From NCBI GenBank assembly GCA_964572505.1, contig CAZNGI010000002.1, forward strand, positions 1 through 39,726: a DNA stretch of 39,726 nucleotides, in the 5' to 3' direction. Under the pieces are notes generated by a model that was given only the letters and a program-made list of their open reading frames with translations, was not told where the DNA came from and did no database searches. Made by a program: the position numbers and the translations under genes. Source of the DNA: an uncultured Methanotrichaceae archaeon (GTDB lineage: Archaea; Halobacteriota; Methanosarcinia; Methanotrichales; Methanotrichaceae). Positions 1 through 9,515 of the stretch are shown in pieces. Every line of letters begins with the position of its first letter. The first letter of the stretch is position 1.

Positions 1-15
1 ATGACCGGCGCGAAC

Positions 16-52
16 ATGCCCCGCTGCTTGCAGCGGGGTGCGCTGTTTGACT
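16..52. repeat. Palindromic dispersed element, copy 1 (IS200/IS605-end- or REP-like)
   Basis: CCCCGCTGC-TT-GCAGCGGGG perfect 9-bp stem (19-38) followed by TGCGCTGTTTGACT; matches 26428-26464 at 35/37 nt. Confidence 0.8.
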
Positions 53-310
53 TAATGGTTGAAAACGATCTTGGGCTCGATTTTGTTGATACTATCCGGC
101 GTCTCGAATCTATGATTCCCGGAACAAAATCATCCGGGGGGGTGTTGCCCACAAATGGCTGCCCATATAGATATTTGGCGGCAAAGATCGGGCCGAAAAT
201 GAACGGGAAACATAGTCCAGTCTCAGATTAATCAAAAAAGAGAGCGTGACGTCAGAAATGCGAGGTCGAGTAGGAGAAGGAGGATGGGGAAGAGTAAGAG
301 GAGAAGAAGA

Positions 311-1366
311 TTAAGGTCGTCTCCTCCTGAAAAGGTAAGCTCCCCCTGCAGCGATAAGGACCAAAACCACGATCCCAGGAAGGGTGTAAGACCTTTTGGC
401 GGGGTTCACGCTCACCGGGATCTTCATGCTCTCGGAGATGACTGTGTCGCCCCGAAGGTCGGTGTACTTGATCTCGCTGTTGATGCTGTAGGGTTTGGCC
501 GTCGCGTCCGAATCAACGTCGATCTTGAACTTGACCGTCCTCTCCTCACCTGGCGCGAGAGCGCCTATGTAGGCCTGATCGTCGGTTGAGGAGAAGGGCT
601 TGAAGACGGAAAGCCTTGCTATGGCGTCGTCGGCCGTCTCCTCGCCGACGTTCCTGTAGGAGACCTCGATGATCCCGTCCTTCTCGCCCGCGTTCAGATC
701 GGCATTGGCGCCCGTGATCTCGAAGTCGGACTGCTTTTTGATCAATACTGGGATCGTGATCGTCTCGTTAGCCCTCTGGTACCAGTAAGAAGACTGGAAA
801 CCTCGTAGGCCAACTTCGGGGTCGAGCTCGTCGGCGTCCACCTCGGCGTTGTACTGATAGTCGTAAGAGAGGCGTAGCTCCATGGGGTACTCACCCGCGG
901 GGGCGTGGCTTGCGATCTTTATGGTGAACTTCATCGGATCTTTCGACTTGTCACCGGACCTCAGAGCCTCGATCACCTGGTCCCCGGATTTTACCTCGAT
1001 GAGGTCTGTGGCGGACCGGAGGGTTCCCGTGATCCCGAGGGCCGTCGTCCTCTCTCGCTCGTAGTCCAGCTCCCGGTCTGCCAGCATCTGTTCCATCTTG
1101 GTATCTGCTTTCTTGTCGGCCTCAAAGCCCATGATCCTGCCATAGTTGGCGAGTTCGACGTAGAGGTCGACGGTGTCGCCCCGCTCAAACTCGTTTGTTC
1201 CCGCAAGGCTTGCGTCCAGCTGGGGCGATCCGAAAGCGGTCCAGTAGTTGTCCAGGGATACCGAGGGGATGTAGTTATCCTGAGCCCCGGCCAAAACCGG
1301 GTTGACCAGGGCCAAGGTGATGAACATAAGCGCCGTTATCTGGCCGAAATAGACGATCTTTCTCAA
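311..1366 (-). CDS. COG1361-type S-layer-domain secreted protein with C-terminal membrane anchor
   Basis: TTG start with GGAGG upstream, overlapping the RND stop; N-terminal signal peptide; beta-rich Ig-like segments (YRNVGEETA, IGALAPGEERTVKFKI); C-terminal TM followed by RRRRP. Confidence 0.8.
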   Translation of the reverse strand: MRKIVYFGQITALMFITLALVNPVLAGAQDNYIPSVSLDNYWTAFGSPQLDASLAGTNEFERGDTVDLYVELANYGRIMGFEADKKADTKMEQMLADRELDYERERTTALGITGTLRSATDLIEVKSGDQVIEALRSGDKSKDPMKFTIKIASHAPAGEYPMELRLSYDYQYNAEVDADELDPEVGLRGFQSSYWYQRANETITIPVLIKKQSDFEITGANADLNAGEKDGIIEVSYRNVGEETADDAIARLSVFKPFSSTDDQAYIGALAPGEERTVKFKIDVDSDATAKPYSINSEIKYTDLRGDTVISESMKIPVSVNPAKRSYTLPGIVVLVLIAAGGAYLFRRRRP

Positions 1367-3690
1367 TCCTTCAACCTCCTGAAGGGCATAATCAACAAAT
1401 TTGAGGCTCTGACTTTCACTTCCGCCTTGTTTTTCCTCCAGTACTCGAGCCTGATCAGAAGCACCGGAAATATTGTGAAGGTGGCGAATAGGGCGAATAT
1501 GACCGAGAGAACCGTTATCGTTCCGAAGCTGCTGGTCATGGGGAAGGGTGACGCGATGAGGGCGGAAAAGCCGAAGACGGTGGTGAGGCCCGAGGCGACT
1601 ATCGCAGCTCCGATGCTGCCGACCGCCGTGAAGAGCGCCTCCATGGCGTCCTCAGTCTTCTCTTTCTCCTCGTAGAACCGTTCCATCGTCAAAATGGCGT
1701 ACTCCGATCCAACGCCCAGGATCAAAGCTCCCAGGGTGGCGGTCATGGGGTTGTACTTCATCCCGGAGACGTACATCACCCCGCCCATCCAGCCGATGAC
1801 GATGAACATCGGAAGAATCGGCAGGACCGCCTTGATCAAATCTCTGTAAACCAACAGCAGTATGAAGAATATCAGGACCAGGCCCAGGAGGGTCATCTGC
1901 ATCCTGCCGGTGGTGAGGGCGCTGATCACGGAGTTCATCACCGTCATCTCTCCTGTCTGGATGACAGAGATTCCAGGCGGCGGCTCAAGCCACATCAGGT
2001 CCTTGCCGACCTCGTTCTGGAGCCGCTCGATCCCCACCTGGCCGAGGTTTTCGAAGGCCTGGCCGACGTCCAGGATGATCTGGGCGGTATCGTGACCGTC
2101 GATGTACTGGTACTTGACCTCTTCAGGTATGCGGTCCAGCACAGCATCGACCTCGGACTCTTCCTTGGGTATGGTCCCGCCGTTGTAGCTCTTGATGATG
2201 GTGGCAAGGCTCGTGGCCCCATAGACTTTGTCTCTTGACTCTGATACGTAATCGCCGAACTCGTCCATCCATCGCAGGGTCTTTGGATCGGTCACGTCCC
2301 CCTGGACTATGATGTTGAGCTGGTCAGTTCCGCCGAATACGTCGTGAAGATGGCGGAACTGGCTCAGGGGTGGAAGGTCCTGAGGTATGAACTCGTTCAT
2401 GTCGGTCTCTATCGGAACTTTCGTGTCGGCATAAAGGCCCATGCCGGATAGGACGACCGCAGCTGCCAGCACGACCTGCCACCTGTGAAGGACGAAGGCC
2501 GCCGACTTCACGACCAAGGGGCCTATCGGGGACTTTTTGTTGTTTCTCCTGTTGCCGTTCCGGCCGTTTCTGTCGTTTCGCCCCCTCTCCATCTGGTAGA
2601 TGACTGTGACCCCCACGAAGAGGGAGGAGATGTAGCACATGATGATGCCGATCAGGCAGAGGAGGCCAAAGTCCCTGATCATGGGAACCGATGACGAGAA
2701 GAGGGAGAAGAAGCCCGCTCCGGTTATGATCAGGGCGATCAGGACGGCGGGCCCGGTGTGGGCCACCGTATCTATCGCCGCCGTGGCGATCGATCCGCCT
2801 TGTTGAAACTCCTCCTCGATCCGGTTCTGAAACTGGATGGCGTAATCGATCCCAAGGCCGATGAGGATGGGAAAGGCCGACATGGAGACCATCGTCAGAG
2901 GCACCTGTAGAAATCCCATCATCCCGAAGGTCCAGATTATCCCCAGAAAGACGATGGGAAGCGGCAGAAGAGGAAGGTGAACGTGCCTGAAGACGAAGAA
3001 GAGGGCCACCACCATCAAAAGTCCAGAGATCATGAGGAGCGTTCCCATCGAGGTGTTCATCTCCCGCTCGATGTCGTTTCTGAGGGCGATTTCACCGGTC
3101 ACGATGGTGTTGGCTCCTGCGGGAAATTCCGCCATCTCCACGGCGGAGTAGGTTTCCGGGAGGACGGCCTTTATGCTCTCCATGGGTATGTAAGTGGGAA
3201 GCTCGATCGAAATTATGGTATGTCCCCGGTCGGGGAGGATCGCGTGGAGCATTCCGGGGTTCGTTTTCTCAAGCTCTTCCAGGATCTCGTCTACCCTTGC
3301 CTGAGAGTCGGGAACTATTCGAACGCCAGTCTCCTGAGCCTCAGCATCCATCACCATCTCTGCTATGCTGATGGTTCCAAGGACGTTCTCCACCGTCTCC
3401 ATCTGGCGGGTTAAACGGTCCATCGCCTTCAGGGACTCGGGCTTTGTGACTGCGTCCCCCTCCACCAGGACCACGATCGATTCGGTCCCGAACCTGTCGT
3501 TGTAGAGGTGGTCGAACTCCACGTAGAGCCTGGAGTTCTCGTCGACGAAGGTCTCCGTCTCCGTCTCCATCGTGATGTTCTGGGCGAAGTGGATCGACGC
3601 CACCGTGAAAAGCGCCGCTATCGTCAGGATGATGATCGGATTTCCTTCGATCCATCTGCCCAGCTTCTCTCCCTTGCTCGTGATCCTCAC
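1363..3690 (-). CDS. RND superfamily transporter (MMPL/HAE3, COG1033)
   Basis: 775 aa with internal duplication, two large extracytoplasmic loops, GLGIDYAIQF and GVGSEYAI motifs. Confidence 0.92.
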   Translation of the reverse strand: MRITSKGEKLGRWIEGNPIIILTIAALFTVASIHFAQNITMETETETFVDENSRLYVEFDHLYNDRFGTESIVVLVEGDAVTKPESLKAMDRLTRQMETVENVLGTISIAEMVMDAEAQETGVRIVPDSQARVDEILEELEKTNPGMLHAILPDRGHTIISIELPTYIPMESIKAVLPETYSAVEMAEFPAGANTIVTGEIALRNDIEREMNTSMGTLLMISGLLMVVALFFVFRHVHLPLLPLPIVFLGIIWTFGMMGFLQVPLTMVSMSAFPILIGLGIDYAIQFQNRIEEEFQQGGSIATAAIDTVAHTGPAVLIALIITGAGFFSLFSSSVPMIRDFGLLCLIGIIMCYISSLFVGVTVIYQMERGRNDRNGRNGNRRNNKKSPIGPLVVKSAAFVLHRWQVVLAAAVVLSGMGLYADTKVPIETDMNEFIPQDLPPLSQFRHLHDVFGGTDQLNIIVQGDVTDPKTLRWMDEFGDYVSESRDKVYGATSLATIIKSYNGGTIPKEESEVDAVLDRIPEEVKYQYIDGHDTAQIILDVGQAFENLGQVGIERLQNEVGKDLMWLEPPPGISVIQTGEMTVMNSVISALTTGRMQMTLLGLVLIFFILLLVYRDLIKAVLPILPMFIVIGWMGGVMYVSGMKYNPMTATLGALILGVGSEYAILTMERFYEEKEKTEDAMEALFTAVGSIGAAIVASGLTTVFGFSALIASPFPMTSSFGTITVLSVIFALFATFTIFPVLLIRLEYWRKNKAEVKVRASNLLIMPFRRLKD

Positions 3691-3711
3691 CTTCAGAAGT
3701 TCGTTCTAATA

Positions 3712-3766
3712 TTTCGGATTATTCTGAAACTTCGAGGCTTTCGGATGATACGAAATGTACTTAAAG
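3712..3766. promoter_or_regulatory. Two palindromic operators plus a candidate TATA box in the divergent RND/GbsR intergenic region
   Basis: TTTCGGA-TTAT-TCTGAAA (3712-3729) and TTTCGGATGATACGAAA (3739-3755); CTTAAAG at 3760-3766. Confidence 0.65.
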
Positions 3767-3787
3767 CTTGTGGCAGACCATCCATCG

Positions 3788-4333
3788 ATGAGACGGGAAG
3801 AAACTCCTCCCGAAGAGGCCGCGAAAAGGTGCATGGTAGACGCCAGCATCCAGATGGCGAAGATGCTGGGGCACAGCGACGCTGCCGGTGCTCTCATGGG
3901 ATCGCTATTTCTGGCAGACGGTCCCCTTTCGATGGACGAGCTGGTGGAGGAGACGGGGTACAGCAAGTCCACCGTCAGCACCAACATGACCCTTTTGGAG
4001 AATCAGGGCATCGTGCGGAGGATGAGAAAGCCGGGCGATAAGAGAAACTATTACGTCGCCATGCAGAGCGTAGACGAGACCTTCAAAGCAGAGAACGAGA
4101 AGATCAGACAGATAATGCAGATCCACATCGCCGCCATCGACGAGGCGGAGAGAATCCTGGAGGGTGCTGAAAGGAACGATGAAGCAGAGCGCCTCCGCCG
4201 CCTCTTCAGCTCGATGAGGGAGGAATGCGTCAAGGCTCGGAGGCTGATAGACCTGGTGAGCCCCTTCACCATGGACGAGCTGATCGAGATCCTCAAGCGC
4301 GAGGTTGAGATCCGAGAGGCGGGCGAGCGGTGA
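3788..4333 (+). CDS. GbsR/MarR-family transcriptional regulator (COG1510)
   Basis: wHTH motif PLSMDELVEETGYSKSTVSTNMTLLENQGIV...PGDKRNYYVA. ORF is open from 3755, but that ATG overlaps the operator, so ATG 3788 is preferred. Confidence 0.88.
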   Translation: MRREETPPEEAAKRCMVDASIQMAKMLGHSDAAGALMGSLFLADGPLSMDELVEETGYSKSTVSTNMTLLENQGIVRRMRKPGDKRNYYVAMQSVDETFKAENEKIRQIMQIHIAAIDEAERILEGAERNDEAERLRRLFSSMREECVKARRLIDLVSPFTMDELIEILKREVEIREAGER

Positions 4334-4426
4334 TCGAAGAGGAGGATCGAAGAGAAAGGCGGATGGACATCGGAAATTTGGTCCACAAAGCGGCGAAGGA
4401 CCCTCGAATTCGAGGATCGGCGGCTT

Positions 4427-5608
4427 ATGAACAGAGATAAACGGCTCTTTGACGTCTTGTTCATCTCGGTCTTCGCAGCCATGCTGGGCCTTGGCATAGT
4501 GGGTCCATTGCTGCCCATCTACGCCAATAACCTGGGGGCAACGGGCCTTTGGATCGGCATAATCTTTTCGGGGTTCGCAGCCGCCAGGGCGATATTCATG
4601 CCCATCGTCGGAAGGCTCTCCGACGAGTCGGGACGAAAGAAGTTCATCGTGACGGGCCTTTTTGCCTATGCCGTCCTCTCCCTGGGCTACGTGATGGCCG
4701 GCAGCGTCTATTCTCTCACGGCCGTCCGGTTTCTGCACGGCATAGCCTCGGCGATGGTGGTCCCCATCGCCATGGCCTACATCGGCGACCTCTCGAAGAG
4801 GGGGGAGGAGGGAGCCTACATGGCGAAGTTTCAGGTCTCCTTCTTCTTGGGCCTCGGCTCCGGACCCCTACTGGGCGGGGTGCTGAACGACGCCTTCGGG
4901 TTTTCGTCGGCGTTTTATGCGATGGCCGGCCTATCTGCCCTCTCGTTTCTGGTGATCGTCGCCTTTCTCCCGGAGACCGAGGGGCGATCGTGCTCGGGGA
5001 GGAAGGAGAGGATCTCCCTCCGAGGCGTCTATAGCCAGCCCGCGGTTCCGGCGGTTCTCGCCTTCACCGCCCTGAACGCCATAGTTCGCGGCGCTCTTCT
5101 GGTCTTCATGCCCCTCTTCGCCCCCAAAATCTCCGTGGTCCCCGGCCAGGTCGGCCTGATCCTCACAGTATCCATCTTCTTGATGGCGATCTTTCAGGTG
5201 CCCCTGGGAAGGATGGCGGACAGGGGAAACGCCACATTGATGATCCTGGCAGGATCGATCGTCTCCGCCGCCAGCCTGGCTCTGGTCCCCGCGAGCACCT
5301 CCTTTGGGGACCTCTTCCTCGTAGCCTCCGCCAACGGCCTTGGAAGCGCCGTGATGATGCCGGCTCTGATGGCCCTCACGGTGAAGCTAGGAAAAAAGAT
5401 CGGGATGGGAACCTCCATGGGGGCTTACAACACCGCCATGAGCCTCGGGATGATCACGGCGCCTCTTTTGGGAGGACTGGTGATGGACGCGTTCTCGATC
5501 GAGGCCGTATTTCTCCTAGGAGGGGTGATCGGTGTTGGTGCCACCATCGCCCTTTATCTCTTGACACGGAGAGCTTTGGGATCGGTCGAGGCCGATGGAT
5601 CTCCTTGA
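4427..5608 (+). CDS. MFS transporter (DHA1/TetA-like efflux)
   Basis: Motif A GRLSDESGRKK, about 12 hydrophobic segments, GLGSGPLLGG antiporter motif C. Confidence 0.92.
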   Translation: MNRDKRLFDVLFISVFAAMLGLGIVGPLLPIYANNLGATGLWIGIIFSGFAAARAIFMPIVGRLSDESGRKKFIVTGLFAYAVLSLGYVMAGSVYSLTAVRFLHGIASAMVVPIAMAYIGDLSKRGEEGAYMAKFQVSFFLGLGSGPLLGGVLNDAFGFSSAFYAMAGLSALSFLVIVAFLPETEGRSCSGRKERISLRGVYSQPAVPAVLAFTALNAIVRGALLVFMPLFAPKISVVPGQVGLILTVSIFLMAIFQVPLGRMADRGNATLMILAGSIVSAASLALVPASTSFGDLFLVASANGLGSAVMMPALMALTVKLGKKIGMGTSMGAYNTAMSLGMITAPLLGGLVMDAFSIEAVFLLGGVIGVGATIALYLLTRRALGSVEADGSP

Positions 5609-5657
5609 AAGAAGCGCCCTCTCACCGCTCCGATCTTTTTTCCTGAGAAGTTGACGG

Positions 5658-8600
5658 TCAAGCTGGCACCTTTCCTTTGGGGATGGTGAACCTGAAGACG
5701 CTCCCCTCGCCGAGGACCGATTCGGCCCAGACATTTCCTCCGCAGGTCTCGACGATCTTCTTGACGGTGGCAAGGCCTATCCCCGACCCCTCGCCGGACC
5801 TCTCAAGCCTCGTGAAGGGTTCGAATATCTTGTCGTGATATTTCATGTCGAACCCGATGCCGTTGTCCTTGACCCAGAACTCGTACTCGCCATCTCGATC
5901 GAGGCATCCCACCTCGATCTCGATATCATCTTTTGAATATTTCAGGCTGTTTTCCAGAAGGTTGGTGAAGATCTGCTTTGCGCGGCTCCTCTCGCAGCTG
6001 GTCACCGGGAAGTCCCCTTTCAGGGAGAAGTTGACGGGCTTTTCTTTTGCCACCGATTTTACGTCCTCGTAGGCTTCGGAGATCAGCTTTTTCATGTCAA
6101 CCTTCTCGGATGGCGATACTATCCTTCCTATCCGGGAGTAGTCCAACAGGTCCAGGATCAGACGATCCATGTTGGCCGCGATCTTCCCGATCCTATCTAG
6201 ATACCTCCTGCCGGCGCCGTCGAGTTTCTCGCCGTAGTCTTCCTGGAGGGGCAGGGCGAACCCCTGTATCCCTCGGAGGGGCGCTCTCAGATCGTGAGAG
6301 ATGGTGTAAGCGAAGCTCTCAAGCTCGCGGTTGAGGGTCTCGAGCTTCTGTTCGTACTCGATGGTCTGAGATATGTCTCTGGCCACGGCGACGGTGGCCA
6401 TTGGTTTTCCGTTCTTGCTGGTGACGGGGGCGAAGCTGATGGAGGCCGGAAAGGTGGACCCGTCCTTCCTCACGCAGTTCATCCGCTTCCGGCTGCCGTT
6501 TCTCTCTTTCTCCGACAGATCCTCTTCCTCGAAGTCCAGAATGAAGTCCTTGTAGAGCCTGCCGCGGACCTCCTCCAGCCTGAAGTCGAACATGTCGAGA
6601 AGGGCTGGGTTTGCGAAGAGGAGGTGGTTAGTCTTACCGAAGATCGCTATTCCGTCGTTGGAGGACTCGATGGCGTCCATGAAGAGGAGCATCTGTTCTT
6701 CCAGCCACCGGTCGTAAGATATGTCATGGCCGAAGGCTATCACTCTCTCGATCTCGCCGGTCTGGCTCCTGATGACGCTCCAGCCCCACTGGATCGCCAT
6801 CTCGTCTCCCGTCCGGGTGATGACGGCAGCCTCCATCTGCCCTGCGGGCTTTCCCTCGAATATCGATGATACGTGGCTCTCGAATGCCGTTCTATCGGTT
6901 TCGGGAACGAAACGCTCGAAAAAGTCGGTTCCCATCACGTCTTTTGCAGAAAGGCCCGTCACGTTCTCGGCACCCCTGTTGAAGAGGGTGATCCTCCCCT
7001 GGGGATCGAGGCCAACGATGAAGAGGTCGGCGCCCTCGATTATGCCTCTGGAGAACTCCCGTTCGGAGCGGATCTCCTCTTCCATCTTCGCGTATTCGGT
7101 CATGTCCTGGGCGGTGATCACGATTCCGATCCTGTTTCCGTCGCTGTCTTCCAGCTTTATGCCGCTCCAGGAGATCACCTTCTCCTCGCCCGACTTGACC
7201 AGCATCTTCGTCCTCTGGCTTTCTGCCGTTCTGCCCATCTCGATCTCGTCCAAAGCCTTGAGGAACTCCGATCTTTCTTGGGGGTCGGGGAATAGGTTGG
7301 TCCAGACTTCTTCGTCGCCCATCACCTCCTGGGCAGAATATCCGGTGATGTCCTCAGCTGCCCGGTTCCAGAGGAAGATCCTCCTTTTCCGATCGATCAC
7401 AGAGATCATGGGACTTCCGATCTCGACCAACTTTTCGCTCAGGTCCGCCAGCTGTTTGATGTTCTCCTCCACCCGCTTTCGCTCGGTTATGTCGACGATG
7501 GTGCCCCTCAGGCCCACGGGCCTGTTATCGCGGATGATCGGGCGGGAGTAAACGATGAGGTGGAACACGGTCCCCTCCTTTTTGAGCCCCGTGTACTCGT
7601 AGCTGAAAACTCGATCTTCGCTCAAACTTTTCTGAAAATTCTTCATCATGTTTTCTCGATCTTCGTAGGCGAATACCTGAAAGATGCTCACGCCCTTCTC
7701 AAGGTCATCGCGTTCGTACCCATAAAGGTCAAAGGCGGTTTGATTGGCGAAGGTGACGTTGCCCTGAAGGTCGCATTCGAAGATCGGCTGGGGCAGAGTA
7801 TCCGCCATCTCTCTGAACCTCCGCTCGCTCTCCGCAAGTGCCATCTCCATTTTTTTCCGATCTGTTATGTCGAGAGCGATGCCCTCAAAATGGGTTATCG
7901 AACCTTCTTCGTTGCGTCCTATCCATATGTGGTCGGCGAGCCAACGGACCTCGCCAGAAGATGTGAGGATCCTATACTCCAGATAGAGGTTATTGGATCC
8001 ATCTTGTATATGTCGATTCAATTCGGAGATGACCTGCTCCAGATCGTTGGGATGGATGACGTCCTCGTCGTACGAAACGGCCCCCGAATAAAAGTTCTCT
8101 GGGCTGTATCCGAACTGCTTGATGTTCTCGGATACGAACTCGACCGGCCCCCCTGGAGGTGCGCGCTGGACGAAGGCGATGGCAGGACTGCGACTGACAA
8201 TCCGTTCCAGCTCCTTTCGCTTCTCCGAAGCCTCGATGATCTCATTTTCCATTTTTTTACGCCAGGTGATGTCCTGGATGGTCCCCGCCATCTTCGTGGG
8301 GTTTCCCTCGCCGTCCCTCTTCACCACAAGACCCCGGTCTTGCACCCATATCCAATCCCCACCGGAGCTCGTCCTGTAGTCCATATCGAAGAGGGGCGTC
8401 TTTCCCTCGAGGATATCCCGAAGGCCCCTCTCCACGGCTGGGAGGTCTTCGGGATGTATCGACTTCTTCCAGGCCACCATGTCGCTTTTTTCGCCCGGCC
8501 GAAGTTTTATCATCTCAGAGTACCGGTCGTTGTGAGTCACCTCGTCAGTCAACATGTCCCAGTTCCAGATCCCAAGGTCTGCGCCCTCGATGGCAAGGTT

Positions 8601-9200
8601 GAGCCGCTCTTCGCTCTCCTTGAGGGCTTCCTCGGCCTTCTTCTGTTCTGTTATGTCCACCATGATGCCGTTGAGAGCCTTCAGCCGACCCTCTTCTTCG
8701 ATCGGCCTTCCGTAGGTTCTAACAAAGCGAACGAGGCCGCTTTTGTCGATGAATCTGAACTCGGTGGGTATCGATCTGCCGTCAAGGGCACACTTCAACC
8801 TGGTTTCGAGGAGTTTTAAGTCGCCCGGATAGAGAAAGCGGGAGACGTTCTGGCCCAGGATCTCTTCGACAGAGTATCCGAATACCCTCTCGACGGCGGG
8901 ACTGATGTAGGTGATCTTGCCCTGGGGTTCGACGACGTAGATCACTCCGTCGACGTTCTCCACCAGGGCTCGGTACCTCTCCTCCGACCTTCGAATATTC
9001 TCTTCCGCACCGACGAGCTCTTCGTTTCGTTTTTCGAGCTTCTTTGCCGATTTTCGGAGATACTCCAGGGTGGCAGAGATCTCTTCGAGGCCCGCGGCCA
9101 GTTCTTCGCCGCATTTCTTGGGCGAGCCGCCTTCTTGAACGAGCGCTCTGATCTGCTCTTGCGCTTTTTCGATCTCCCCTTCCAGAATTTTATAGCTCAT
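5658..9200 (-). CDS. Cytoplasmic multi-PAS sensor histidine kinase
   Basis: Seven PAS/PAC units ending in DIT/DMT/DIS; H-box ESFAYTISHDLRAPL; N, G1 (DNGIG), F and G2 (GSGIGLA) boxes; no TM segment seen. Confidence 0.95.
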   Translation of the reverse strand: MSYKILEGEIEKAQEQIRALVQEGGSPKKCGEELAAGLEEISATLEYLRKSAKKLEKRNEELVGAEENIRRSEERYRALVENVDGVIYVVEPQGKITYISPAVERVFGYSVEEILGQNVSRFLYPGDLKLLETRLKCALDGRSIPTEFRFIDKSGLVRFVRTYGRPIEEEGRLKALNGIMVDITEQKKAEEALKESEERLNLAIEGADLGIWNWDMLTDEVTHNDRYSEMIKLRPGEKSDMVAWKKSIHPEDLPAVERGLRDILEGKTPLFDMDYRTSSGGDWIWVQDRGLVVKRDGEGNPTKMAGTIQDITWRKKMENEIIEASEKRKELERIVSRSPAIAFVQRAPPGGPVEFVSENIKQFGYSPENFYSGAVSYDEDVIHPNDLEQVISELNRHIQDGSNNLYLEYRILTSSGEVRWLADHIWIGRNEEGSITHFEGIALDITDRKKMEMALAESERRFREMADTLPQPIFECDLQGNVTFANQTAFDLYGYERDDLEKGVSIFQVFAYEDRENMMKNFQKSLSEDRVFSYEYTGLKKEGTVFHLIVYSRPIIRDNRPVGLRGTIVDITERKRVEENIKQLADLSEKLVEIGSPMISVIDRKRRIFLWNRAAEDITGYSAQEVMGDEEVWTNLFPDPQERSEFLKALDEIEMGRTAESQRTKMLVKSGEEKVISWSGIKLEDSDGNRIGIVITAQDMTEYAKMEEEIRSEREFSRGIIEGADLFIVGLDPQGRITLFNRGAENVTGLSAKDVMGTDFFERFVPETDRTAFESHVSSIFEGKPAGQMEAAVITRTGDEMAIQWGWSVIRSQTGEIERVIAFGHDISYDRWLEEQMLLFMDAIESSNDGIAIFGKTNHLLFANPALLDMFDFRLEEVRGRLYKDFILDFEEEDLSEKERNGSRKRMNCVRKDGSTFPASISFAPVTSKNGKPMATVAVARDISQTIEYEQKLETLNRELESFAYTISHDLRAPLRGIQGFALPLQEDYGEKLDGAGRRYLDRIGKIAANMDRLILDLLDYSRIGRIVSPSEKVDMKKLISEAYEDVKSVAKEKPVNFSLKGDFPVTSCERSRAKQIFTNLLENSLKYSKDDIEIEVGCLDRDGEYEFWVKDNGIGFDMKYHDKIFEPFTRLERSGEGSGIGLATVKKIVETCGGNVWAESVLGEGSVFRFTIPKGKVPA

Positions 9201-9257
9201 CGCGTCAACAACTCCGCCGAAGGTTCCAACTTTTCTGGGTCATAGCGGATATCCGGT

Positions 9258-9285
9258 TCGAAATCTCAAAGTCGAAATCTCAAAG
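9258..9285. repeat. Perfect 14-bp tandem direct repeat upstream of the kinase
   Basis: TCGAAATCTCAAAG x2 (9258-9271, 9272-9285). Confidence 0.85.
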
Positions 9286-9515
9286 ACCTGAAATGTCTAT
9301 GCCGAACCCAATGGTCTTCGAAATAGTTCAGGTCTTGCTCAGATCTCTAATCATGTTTGCAGAAGATAGATATAACGATTTAGCATGAGATCTGTCCAGT
9401 TCTCGGAGGCCTTCCGGCTCGGATTCGGGATTTTGGGTCGTATTCTTCCGTCTGGACAGGGACCAGGATGACGATTCTAGGTTCGGGCAAAGCTTAAAGG
9501 ACGAGAAGACGGAGA

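Noticed and set aside
1-231. 76-aa ORF at the window start
   Set aside because: Its N-terminus (MPRCLQRGALFD) is just the translated hairpin element; atypical codons and no recognisable motif.
9392-9459. 8-bp inverted repeat CTGTCCAG/CTGGACAG as MITE ends
   Set aside because: Too short, no target-site duplication and no second copy seen.
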